DNA of 64,000 nt, taken from the NCBI GenBank assembly GCA_024704765.1, contig JAKMXF010000332.1:478018-542017 (forward strand), given 5' to 3'. Made by a program: the position numbers and the translations under genes. Positions 12,920-24,465 of the stretch are shown one piece after another; the stretch's first letter is position 1, and each line of letters starts with the position of its first letter. This DNA is from Oopsacas minuta. Its lineage: Eukaryota; Animalia; Porifera. A model generated the notes under the pieces. It was not told where the DNA came from. It saw only the letters and a program-made list of their open reading frames with translations, and did no database searches.

Positions 12920-13680
12920 TGTAGTGCCATCTGTCCCTCCCTTAATTTCGTCCCCCCGCACTTCTGGCACTAGGGTCAATAGTCCTCCCTTCTGGTCAGA
13001 TGTGCCCACCAGGACTTGTGGCACTAGGGCAAGGCGTCCCTGTACCAGTTAAATTTACCCAAAATAACCTAGATATTATGTTATATTCTAATGAACACAG
13101 GTATATACTACAACCGGTGAGTGTTGAATGTTATCGTAAGTTTCAATCTAGATTTATCACGTAAATATCTCTGTGGCATTTTATAACATCAACCACAACA
13201 AATATATACAGTGGCGTTTCTAGGCTTTTGATTAGGAGTGCTAATTTATATGGGTTGACATTGAAATTAACAAGATCTCGTCAGACTATATTCACTATAA
13301 TTATACTTCTCTATTAATGGAGGTCAGGGAAGCACTTGATTTGATTATAGGACCCACAAAATCCTTGATTTTAGACAACAATCTCTGTCTTAATCATTAT
13401 CAATTACTATCATTGTTATTCAAGGAGTGTGCTCTAGCACCCATTCCGCGCTCCTGGATAGTGGATACGCCACTGAGTATGTACAGTTGAAACCGGTGAC
13501 ATAGTGCCACAAGTCCGGGGATCCCTTGCCCTAGTGCCAGAAGTCCGGAGGGGGACAGCTGACCGTTGTGCGACTAGTGGGGGGGACTCCTTGCCCTAGT
13601 ACCACTAGTCCGGGGAGACTCCTTGCCCTAGTGCCAGAAGTCAGGAGGGACAGCCCACCAGGGGGGACAGCTGACCCCTC
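12920..13680. mobile_element. Foldback-like element with TTGCCCTAGTGCCAGAAGTC subterminal repeats
   Basis: Motifs at 12930-13050 (CTGTCCCTCCC, TTCTGGCACTAGGG, GGACTTGTGGCACTAGGGCAAG) are mirrored in inverted orientation at 13500-13660. Confidence 0.6.
13209..13475. mobile_element. hAT MITE inserted in the foldback element
   Basis: TIR CAGTGGCGT / ACGCCACTG; flanks AATATATA / AGTATGTA (6/8). Confidence 0.7.
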
Positions 13681-14141
13681 ACACATCGTGTTGGTGGTAA
13701 GGTTACATTATTGTGGTAATGGGATGTATAGGGACGTCGCACGGGGGGGCAATGCCACCTTGGTAAAAATCCGTGCCCCGGGGTAATGCGCCCCCTGTAA
13801 CCCATGCCTCAGGGCATGACCCCCGTGTAAATTCATCCCCCGGGCATGCCACCGACTCCTTGGCTCAAATTGCAAACTGGAAAATTTCTGCACGCTTCGC
13901 TCGCTCTTACGCTCAATATTATTCAATCTAACCGATAATTAAAGGATATAGCTTGTGTTGATCTACCAACTAGGTAATATTTGTGAGTCTTTATAACCTG
14001 AGCAAATGTAGTGTTTCCTCCAGGCCGTTTTGGCCTACTGGGCCGGCATCCCTTTGTTAACCAAATATAGACACCCATTTCAATCCTGGGCCACGATACT
14101 AAAGTATAGTGGGAACAGTAAAAAGTAGAATTGATCATACA

Positions 14142-16215
14142 CTAGGGTGCGACCCGTAAAGCCCGTGGTCCGTAGCCCGCTATCAAAGCCCGCGTCTCGC
14201 GGCCCGCTTATTTATTCCACCAGCCCGTGATTTAGGAAATTTGTTTATTTTATGGCATTGTTGGCTGAATTCGTGAATAAATTCTCAAAGAATTGAGAAT
14301 TCATATAAATTCCGCGTTATAAGATGCGGGAAATCGTGTGCCCAAATAGTATATATATGAAACTTTATATATATGCAACACTTTGATTGTTTCGTTAGTT
14401 ATTTCCTTTTTCTTTCTATTAATGGTGAAAGATAATAGGTTTAGTGCATCTAGACTCCTGGATTTATTTGTTATTGAAAAATTAACAAATACCGCTAAAT
14501 GCTCATTATGTTCCAGTGCATTCACATACAACAGTCAAAAGACTGGTACCTCGCATATGTCACGCCACATCACTAACAAACATCCGGAGGAGTATAATAA
14601 GATGAAGAGGAGGTTAGAATGCAGAGATGGTACTCAGTCTAGTATTCTTAGATGTTTCAAGAAGAATACAGGTCTATCAGCAATGCCAGAAAGAAGACGC
14701 TTGGCGATGTTAATATTTTGCGGAGATCATGTTTACCTTTGAGTTATTTTGAAAGCGAATTTACAAGGAGCCTGCTGCGGATTGAAAGTTGTCCAAACCG
14801 AATGGATTTGAGAGGAGAAATAAGATTAATTGCTGATGAAGTCAGGCAGGAGATGAAAGCCGAATTTCAGGGTACATTTATGACAATCGTCTGTGATGGG
14901 TGGAAAAACTCCCTGACAGGTATGTTTAATATGTTTACTCTAAATATATTGTATAATACGTATATGTATATTTATAAATTATAATGTTATTGGTAGGTAA
15001 CAAGTTTGTATCTTTTTTGGGATTTGCTAACTCAAGTTCAAAACCAATCTATATCACTAGCCAAATAGTGAAAGACAACTCTTCTGATGCATTTCTGGAA
15101 GCTGGTCGAGTAGCAGTAAACATTGTCGAAGGGTGGAATTCCAAGGTTATTGCATTACTCGCTGACAATGCTCGGTCAATTCAACTTGGCCTACAGAAAT
15201 TGTCGAATGAATGTGGTGGTTTGTTGGTATTGCGGTGTGCAGCACATGTTATGAACCTTTGCTTACGTGATATCTTCACAGCAGTTCCAGTGTGTCAGAA
15301 AGCACTTGACATATTGAATAAACATGTAGCCAACGGTACTGTCCCTCGTTATGTTGATACTAGATGGAATTCAAGAATTGTTCGGATGGAGCAACTCATT
15401 GTGAAACTTGATGATGAGAGAAAAAAGGGAAAATTGAGTACTTGTCTGCAGAGAACTCGACCGATTCTTGATGTTCTTAATATTGCTCAAGAAGATACGA
15501 CTACATGGACTACAATGATGTGCAAGTTTGAGGAACTTTTGGAGGCACTACAAGAGACAGGATTCGATGAAGTATGTACAGTGATTGAGAAGAGGAGGTG
15601 GATGCTTGGAAATATTGTTATTTATCTTATAAACTGGTTAAATGGAAAGACTGGAGATATTGGCTTCGAGATGACTGGAAAATGGCTTCAGTTAATGAAA
15701 GTTCGTTCAGATTTTGATATGCTATATGCTGCCAGGGAGTTTGGTACTGGGTTGGAAGGTAATACAATCCAACATTACCCCAAACTGAAAGTGTTTGAAG
15801 AACAAATACTCTACAAAATCGCAGTTAGTGAGGCTTCGGTTGAACGACTGTTTTCTCGACACAAGCAAATTCACTCTCCTCTCCGTGCATCCTTGGGAAA
15901 TGATATAGTAACTGATTGCTTACTGATAAGAATCAGCAGACAATACATTGAAGCTGAGACTACAGATAACACTGACATGATTCTACCTCTCTATGAGGAT
16001 TATTAGATTAAACGAAAATAACATTTATAATACTTGTGATACTTACATATACTAAAATAGTAATAATTTCATGACCTAATTCTATAATTAAAGTATATTC
16101 ATCATCTGTAAAATTGTTCTTTTTGACTCTTTTCAGCCCGTTTTGTGCTCGCGGCCCGTGGAAAAAAGCCCGCAGCCCGTGATTTGCAATAAAGCCCGCA
16201 CGGGTCGCACCCTAG
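14142..16215 (+). mobile_element. hAT transposon (BED-finger, Ac/ZBED-type), full length
   Basis: Perfect 16-bp TIR CTAGGGTGCGACCCGT, many GCCCG subterminal repeats at both ends, and flanks ATCATACA / ATTATAAA (6/8). Confidence 0.92.
14422..16006 (+). pseudogene. BED-hAT transposase, one frameshift (~14730), one intron (14920-14996)
   Basis: BED finger CSLC..GTSHMSRHITNKH; DDE motifs VCDGWKN, LADNARS, SEASVERLFS; also CAAH and RWNS. Removing the 77-nt GT-AG intron gives in-frame WKNSLTG|NKFVSF. Confidence 0.88.
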
Positions 16216-17377
16216 ATTATAAATGATGTAGAGTCAGGCTACAAGAAACCAGTTACCTTTATTCAGTTAAGTCAAGGCCACTGAACAATATGAAATTTAT
16301 CGAATTATGTATCGATGAGGAACACAAAACACTCTCACTTACATATATGTACATTGGTTATTGCGAGGTTGGTTGTATATTAGAGAGGTTATTTGAACTA
16401 CAATTTCCTGTCAGAGAAATTGATGCTAATAATTTTTGCGGTATTTTGAAAGTGGTGATAGTAATTTTTTCATATATTTTGCTTATCTACCAGATATTTT
16501 TGCCATATATACACCCATAATCTGATACTCCAAGGACAAAATATCACAATTATTGAAATAGTTAAGTCAATGATCGCACTCACGGCTCGATGGGTATACG
16601 GGATTAGCAAGGTCAAGAAAAATAAGTTATCTATGTTTCCTCTATTTAGTGAAACTGTTGCAGATTCGGTACCAACAGATTGCATTGAACTATCCTTGCT
16701 CATATGCATAATTTGGAAGGTGATATTTTGCAAGGGTTTGACAAGATTCAATACGCCGGCTAATTAGTACAGGTGATTGACCCTTTTCTAGCGAGACCAG
16801 AAGTTTCATATTTATCAAACGTAACAGAAGAGGAATTAATAGGACTACAAACGAATACGCATGCAAAACAATCATTTGATAGGAAGGGATACATTTGCTT
16901 CTGGGTTGAAAAGAAAATCATAGCGTAGACATTATCTTCTATCGCTCGGAAATAATGCATTTTACCTTTCGCAAAAACTTACTTAGCTGAAAGAGCGTTC
17001 AGTGATATCTTGACGATCAAGGGCGTAGCCAGCATAGTATCTAGGGGGGGGGGTCAAAGTGACCAGTTGCGAGCGTAGCGAGCATTTTTGGGGTCTGGGG
17101 GGCCCCAGAAAAAAATTTGACAATATAATTTGCACTTATCACAATATGGTCACGAAAACCTTTGTCCTCTGGAATTTCAGTCTGATTTGAAAATTGGTGC
17201 GCCTTCGCATGTTTTCTGTCACGCCGCTCGAACAAACATACAACATTTACAAAAACAAAGTAGAATTGATATAGAATGTGTAAATTCTAGTAACATAATT
17301 GAATATTGATTAATTAATTATCCTTAATCTAAAGAGCTACTCACTAAATATCGATTATTTTTCTTCATAAAAGGACT

Positions 17378-19650
17378 TCACAACCATATTCTTCTATTTT
17401 GCAAGAGAATTCTTTCAGCACTTCGTTAACAAAATCAATTTCGTCATTTTCAATTCTTTCCCTATGTATATTCATTAATGCAAGCCCATTTAATCTGTCT
17501 TCTGACATTGTATTTCTTAACCAATTCTTTAGCCTACGTAAAGTAGAAAACTTCTCTTGACGCTAGACGTAGTAACTGGCAATCTGAGAAATATTTTTAT
17601 ACATATAGTTATAGTTGGAAAGAAATCTGATGATTCACTTAGAAGTTCCATAAAAGTAATGTGATACGTTTTTGGATCTCTAGCTTTCCAAATATCAAAC
17701 CATATAGAGCCCTCATCAAGTAATGATCGTGTGTGAAATTGGGTGGAATAATGCTCAACTATATTAGACAATTTTTGTAAAAAGTCCTGTTTTGTTAACT
17801 CTTTGAAATACATAGGATGGATAGTTGCAAGTTTCAATACAACCTTATTGTGGCCTGAAAACCGATCCTCTAATGATGTTATTAGATCATCCAAATAGGG
17901 CATAAAAACAGATGTCCTATAATAATCTTCAGCGTTATCAATATTTGGGTCAGAAATATTGCTACGATATAATTGCCGATTTACAATCCGTGGGAAAGAT
18001 AGTTCTAGATTAAATTTAGCAGCTATTTCAAGTCCCTCGTGCCAAATAATGGAGAACTCACTTTCAGAATTCTCTTTATGTTGTTTAAGATTTAAAATTA
18101 ACAATTCAATATGTTTCCATACTTCACTGAGATCAATTCTTGGTGCTTGAAACATTTGTGCGATAGGCTCAATCACCGCAGAATATTTGGATATCACAAT
18201 AAGATTAATAATAAATGAAGAGTTAAGTAAAGCGGGATGGATACAGGTAAAGTCTTCTAGCGTTTTGACAATATCAATGAAATTGTTATAAAAATGACTC
18301 ACACTTTTATATTTCTCAGTCCACCTGGTTTCGCATAATGATTTCAACTTCAAAACTCCACTCCGAATTACACTATATTGAAAATATTTAATGGTAGACT
18401 TAATCATATCAACTGTATTTCGTATGGTTGGTAGCCTTGATAGATCATTTATAGCAAGATTCAAACAATGAGACGCACAATGAACGAATATCGCACTTGT
18501 ATATCTTTTAAGTATAATCGATTTCACACCATTAACTTTTCCGGCCATAGTGGAACAGCCATCATAACCTTGGCCAACTAGTAGCTCCATATTGATCCCT
18601 AGGTATTGTAAAAAATTTAAAATTGATTTAGATATTGATTCAGCGGTTAGGTCGGCATGAAGATCACTAAAACCAAGAAATTCTTCCCGAATACATGATC
18701 TTGCTTCACTTTCACTGATGAATCGTACGGCAACTGACAACTGTTCGTGTCCATTTATATCTGCCGTTTCATCAGCGAGCACTGTAAATCCAACAGAAGA
18801 GTTTATTTCTGAGACAATCCCTTTCGCAATTACTTGACCGCACTCATTAATAAGTTCATTTTGAATTGTTGGTGACAAATATTTACCATTCTTATTTCCT
18901 GATACAATGTGTTTTCTAAGTATTTCATCTCCCGTATCTATACGAAAATGAATTAACTTAAAGAATATACCCTTTTCTTCAGTTTTTCCACGAAGAGGGC
19001 AGCCAGTTGTTCCACAAAAGATGATAGTTTTTATTATGGAAATAATTTTGGAACGATTTTCTTGAATTAAATTTTGAGAAATTGAGTTTAACCGTTTGTC
19101 AACTTCGGGTTCATCTAGTTGTACTCTTTTGAGGAACTCCATTGCCATATTTGTTGATTCAATATGCCATAAAGTATTTTCGTGAGCCCAGGCATCATTG
19201 TGAAAATCATTGTATTTTGTCATAGGAGTAACAATCAAGGACCCTGCAAAACCCCTTCGGATTGTCGGAGGAAATATCACACAATGTTTACAAATCCCAC
19301 CTTTGAGCAAACTTCGAATAGGACAACCATGAAAATTCATTCAACCACTCTTTTCTGAAAATTCTCCCTTTCTTTGAGTCTTCTTTGAAAGGGTAATCAG
19401 CAGGAGGAATCCAAGTGTCAAGAAAAAGTTTTTGCTTCACATAATAAGGAACGGTTTTACTCACATAAATCCCAATATCAAAACTATCAACATAATTGTC
19501 AATTAAATCTGTATTTGTATAATCAATAGAATCTGCTTCGTCGAAAATATTATCAACTTCAATAATAGAATTCCCATTGGAGCAATCAGTCTGAGAAAAA
19601 TCGATTCGAGGATGTTTTGAGGTGAAGAAATAACGAATATCCTTCGCCAT
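17378..19650 (-). pseudogene. hAT transposase (TTF-type Zn finger, DUF4371, dimerisation domain)
   Basis: VLADETADINGHEQLSVAVRF, GQGYDGCSTMAG, VHCASHCLNL, ETRW. Frameshifts near 19300 and 17535; the catalytic ERSF motif reads KRSF. Confidence 0.9.
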
Positions 19651-19734
19651 ATCTGGTAAGAACCTCACGCTTCTAATTATATAAAAAGAAATAACAATTA
19701 TAACCTGTAAATAATTTATCTAGCTCAGCCAGGG

Positions 19735-22700
19735 CACAGTGGTTTATAATGGGAGTCAGTAAAGAATAGGTATTCTAGTACCAGATAGCCATATGCAATG
19801 TATTATTTGCGAATAGGTTATCGTATCCGAGGAATCGAATGGGGTAATCAAATTTCTTCTATGGCTTCTAGATTTCTGGATATGACGTCATCACATATTA
19901 TGATGACGTCACATTTAAAAAATTATTTAATAAAACTCATAGAAATTTCCACTTCATAAGAAAAATCTCCTACTCTGTATATATACTATTGCCCTGTATA
20001 GTATTTGGGTAAGAGTGTATAGATTTAACATTTTAATGAATCTATGAATTAATTATAAGTGAATCAACAATTTCGTCTATGGAAGAATCTAGTAATCTAT
20101 TTTCGGTATTATCCCTACAACACTTTGCTCTTTTTGTGTGGCCGTGTTCTCCACACCTTTCACAAACTAAACTTGAACGAAATTGATTCAATACAGGGTC
20201 ACTTTCAGAGGCCAGTCTCACGAAAATGTCCATTGCATTATCTTCAAATGAAGACTTCCTTGCAAGATTCTCCCTATACTTTCTTAGTAACTTGTTGCAT
20301 CCCTCGGATCCCTCTTCAGAGAAACTTTTCAGACCTCGCCCAAGGTTGAACTCTTTCAAAATTTCTTCTGAGTGAGCTAATACCTTGTGTAATGTTGGGG
20401 TAATGCTCACCCAAGGTAATTAATCAACGATCAAGAGATATGTATCGGTGCATAGATCACCAAAGACCTCGGTGTTAATGATCCTGTCTGAATTGATTAT
20501 TCGAAGAATAGCTGACAAGTGTGTATGTAGTTTTGAAAGTGTTTCTTTGTGTTCTGTTTCAACAACTGACAATACACACTCAATGTATTTCGAATCACAG
20601 GAAAATGCTCGACGAGCTACACTACCAGTAGAGCTAGTACCTCCACTTGCATTCGGCTGATCTATCCTCATTCCTGTCTTCCCTTCAATCAGATTTCTGA
20701 CAAATATCATTGAATTTTTTATCGTCAAAGATGTTGGTGACCATGTACGTTTTCCACAATTCAAATGATAAATTAGTAGATTGAACCACCTGAAAATGCC
20801 AGTGTACGAGTGTAACGGAGATGCTGGAAGGATGTTTATTGTTGAGGTTGGTTCGTGCGTTATGTTACAACGTTGGTTTGAAGGAAGTGAGAAGAACGAA
20901 TGGCTGTCTTCTATTTCACCGAAAAGTTGAATTGCATCAGTAATGTACCTGTTGATAGAAAATCCCTGTATTATCAACTCACGATCACTGAGTTCCTTAT
21001 GTGTTGCTGTACATAATTGACAACTTGCCCCACCTGCCCCAGATAGAATTCCTGCCATTTTCCCATCAAGCATTGATCGAACAATGTCGACTCGTACTTG
21101 CTGATCAGGGCCAAGAGTAAATCCTTCACTTCTCATAAGATCAGTATCAGTATTGATTAGATCGTCCATAAATCGCTTGATATTAGCTTCGTTTTCTTTC
21201 GCAGCGAGGAGGAAAATCGGACGTTGAGCAAAAGGAGAATTGGGAGTGTTATTTTTCCAAGAGTTCGCGACCGCTATTGCTTATTACCTTTACAGCTCTG
21301 AAACAGAATAAGATAAACGACTTAGTATCTGTATTCGTGTTTGATTGATTATATACAGTGTGACTTCCAGAGCCATCTAGTCCGTCTGCTATCTGCAATT
21401 GTAGGGGATAATCTTGAGCTGGAGGTGGCGGTAGCGTGGACATAAGCCTGCAAAAAGTATGGCGGACGTGATGGGCATATGGCATATATACACCAAGTGG
21501 AGTTTCAGGATTGGGGTACATCTGAATATCCGACCGTAAAATTATACTGTTTCTTTCTTCTACTACCCTATAGTATGCCGGGAAACGAATATCGCTAGAT
21601 AGCAAGTGATGTCGGAGTTGTGTGCATTTCCTCCTGCCAATTTCTAGGAGATCTACAAGGAACACTGTCTTGGTAACATCGAGCTCTTTCTTCAACAATT
21701 TACCGAATTGACCCGAAAACTTGTCATAGACTACAGATTTTGAAACTTTAGCTATTTCTTGCTGTTTTGTTTGGTTCGATAGTAGTTGCAAGGCAAGTGC
21801 AGCTATCTTGATTTCTGAAGTATTCTCAACGATTGAGAGTGCTTTGATAGATTCCAAGACATTTGAGAGTCGTGAGCGTTGTTGTTGCATCGTGAGATTG
21901 TCAATACTCTTCCTATGGTTTGCAGAGAGTGTGGATATGACTTCTTCATCATCTGAAGACAGCTCAACGGTATCATAAAAACGGTTCCTCTTCAACTCTG
22001 GTTCCATGGATATACCACAATGCCACCAGTCTCCCTCTAAGCAATCTAGCGATTTCTTTGCCTTCCTGATCCTGCTTCTTACTCGGAGGAGCGTTGCTTC
22101 CAATTGTTTCCTTTCTTCGAAGTCCATTTGAAAGTTCTGCTCAAAGAAACTGAGTGTCGTCGAGATACAGTTGTTGTTGTCTTTCAAAATCTTCGCAAAT
22201 TCAAGATGAGAGTTAGGGAAAGTTAGTTCTTGAGTCATTGATAAAAGCGTAGAAAACGGTTGATCATCAGCAAATTCAATTTGTTAATGTCATATTAATC
22301 ATGTATTTATATATTACATTTATTGGTAATTGGAATGCTGCAATCGAGTAGATAAATTTAGCATATAAATTGCATAGCAACAAAAAGGTGACAATGGAAT
22401 TCGCTGAAATTTTTCAAGTTGCGCACTGTTTCGGGCGTATCATTTTAATATGTCTTTCTAGATATTATAATGCCATTTTGGAATTAATTTCTAAGTGGTG
22501 TTTTGTGGTGTTTTGTGGTGTTGTTTTTGCGGCCATTTGGAAGTTCGTTTTTTAAAAATATTGTACCTCTAAAGTACCATTAATCAAATCAACTTTGAAC
22601 CCAAATGTAGTAAAGATACACTGACGAAAATGAGAAATCAGATTTAGCATAACTGAATTGTGTTGACGAAATAAAATAAATTTGATTCGGAGAATTCTGC

Positions 22701-22919
22701 GACGCTCTCAAGTAAACTTAAATTGGTGCTAATATTAGCATCACTGAAACCGCAAATAGAACTATTTTTGATTGATTCTTTAAATTCATGTTGTGAGAGC
22801 TATATGTATTCGATCGAATTGAAATTTGAAATTAACATTATTCAAACAAACAAGAACGAGTTTAAACCATTAAAAATGAAATCTATTTTTTGCCTATTCT
22901 TTGCATTCAAACCACTGTG
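19735..22919 (-). mobile_element. Complete Transib/RAG1-like DNA transposon (3,185 bp)
   Basis: Both ends start CACAGTGGTTT. Perfect 5-bp TSD CAGGG (19730-19734 and 22920-22924). Single RAG1-core transposase. Confidence 0.95.
20042..22238 (-). pseudogene. RAG1-like/Transib transposase (~730 aa once repaired; one +1 frameshift at ~21260, one in-frame TAA at 20420)
   Basis: RKSIDNLTMQQQRSRL (NBD-like); ADGLDGSG, SMLDGKM and SEEGSEGCNK (DDE triad); CQLC and LHKVLAH (Zn ligands); NSPFAQRPIFLLAAKE; C-terminal CERCGEHGHTKRAKCC. Confidence 0.92.
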
Positions 22920-23489
22920 CAGGGGGGGGCAAATGCCCCCCTTGTCCCCCCTCCCTACGCCTATGTTGACGATACACACGAAAATAGAAATAGACTGGAA
23001 ATCTATAATGAGCTGAGGCTTACGAAAACTAACATTAAGCCAAATATAGAATCCTTGCTCATGATACACAAGGATAAGTAAGCCATTAACATCAGAATAT
23101 AGAACCGCGATATCAATTATTTAACCCACAATTACTACTTCAGATTTTTGAAGATTCTATCTCAATAGTATGAATAATAATAATCATTAAAAAATAATTA
23201 TAATTATTGTCAAATCGAGAGTATTAAAGGACTGAAAATGGGAATAAATTCTGATTCCTTGAAATAGGAAATAAGTCCATAATTCCTGTAATTAAATGGT
23301 TGAATGAGAAAGTCCGAAAATTTGACTTCGGAATGCGTATTGAAGGAATAAATTTTGATTTTAATCTGTACATGGTCATAACAGCACCATTAATGTCCTG
23401 TTTAAACATCACATCTCCCAAAAACCTTTATAATGTTTCGATATCACCTAATATGTCTCAAAACGAAGCACCTTTTGAGTCCGTAGCAT

Positions 23490-23553
23490 CATAAAGTCAC
23501 AAATGATATCCCACCAAATGCCATAAAGTCACAAATGATATCCCACCAAATGC
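23490..23553. repeat. Perfect 32-bp tandem duplication
   Basis: CATAAAGTCACAAATGATATCCCACCAAATGC x2. Confidence 0.9.
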
Positions 23554-24465
23554 CATCAAATCCTAATTAAATCAAATCCAATCAAATCATTTTAGTACGG
23601 TTAAATGCATAAAATCAAATCATTTGAAAAGATCCATAAGTTCAGTAAAATAAGAGTACTCTATGTCCTAAACTCATTAAACTTGGTCAAATAGTATAAT
23701 TTACATCTCAACAATATATTTTGCAATTATAATAAAATTCCCACGAAATTGATATTATTATGAATCTGGAACAAATGTGAAAAACTTACAAGAAAATATT
23801 AGGCCGCTGATTACGATCTTGTAAAACTGTGTTCGATGGGGGATATGACAAAATTTGAGAATTATATTTAGTCACATTCTTGCGTTGTCAAGGAAAAATA
23901 TTTCCAAATATATTCGAATAGCCAATCAAACGTTGGGGAATCCTTCTTTGATTAGGAATATCGAGGTAAAATTCGCTTCGATTGAAACTAAATGAGTTCG
24001 AAGTTTTTTAATATTTTGAAAATGTGTCCAAAAGTGGCTAAATAGAATTTCCTCATACATTTCGGACTAAGACTTCTTCTTGGTAAATTACAATAATAAA
24101 GCTGTAAGGAAATAATTTATTTTGTTGGAATTTGTTTAAGGTCAAACACTAATTCTACTGTGTTAAATGTAAAATCAACCAATTTGAAGGTGATGAAATC
24201 TATTTAAGGGCAATTCACAAACAATTCACATGAATATCTTCAGTCAAATTCATAGGGAAAAGAAAGATACAATTAGAATGAGTTTATAAAGACTTCTATT
24301 TAGCAATATTATATTATCGCAATAAACGATCTAACAGATAAGGATTTGAATGTTAATTCGCAAAGAATATTACATTTCTTAATATAGTACTACAATCTCT
24401 TATTAATCTATTTTAATGATTGCCTAAATCGATATTCAACTAAAATCTAATCATGCAAAATAGTT

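Larger units (their letters stand above)
17018..22965 (-). mobile_element. hAT transposon (DUF4371/ZMYM1/THAP12-like type) carrying a nested Transib
   Basis: Perfect 8-bp TSD TTGACGAT at 17010-17017 and 22966-22973; imperfect TIRs CAAGGGCGTAGC / CATAGGCGTAGG; G-rich subterminal tracts. Confidence 0.92.
16216..23095 (+). pseudogene. Buster/Charlie-type hAT transposase relic split by a nested insertion (16216-17017 and 22974-~23095)
   Basis: KSRPLNNMKFIELC..EHKTL..LERLFEL before the insertion. PFAKTYLAERAFSDILT joins across the TSD to NRNRLEIYNELRL..IKPNIESL, matching the Buster-type C-terminus. Confidence 0.75.

Noticed and set aside
19735-22919. RAG2-like partner gene or canonical ACAAAAACC nonamer at 12/23 spacing
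   Set aside because: No room or Kelch-like ORF on either side of the transposase. The A-rich CAAAAAATAG at the right end is 20 nt from the heptamer and has no counterpart at the left end.
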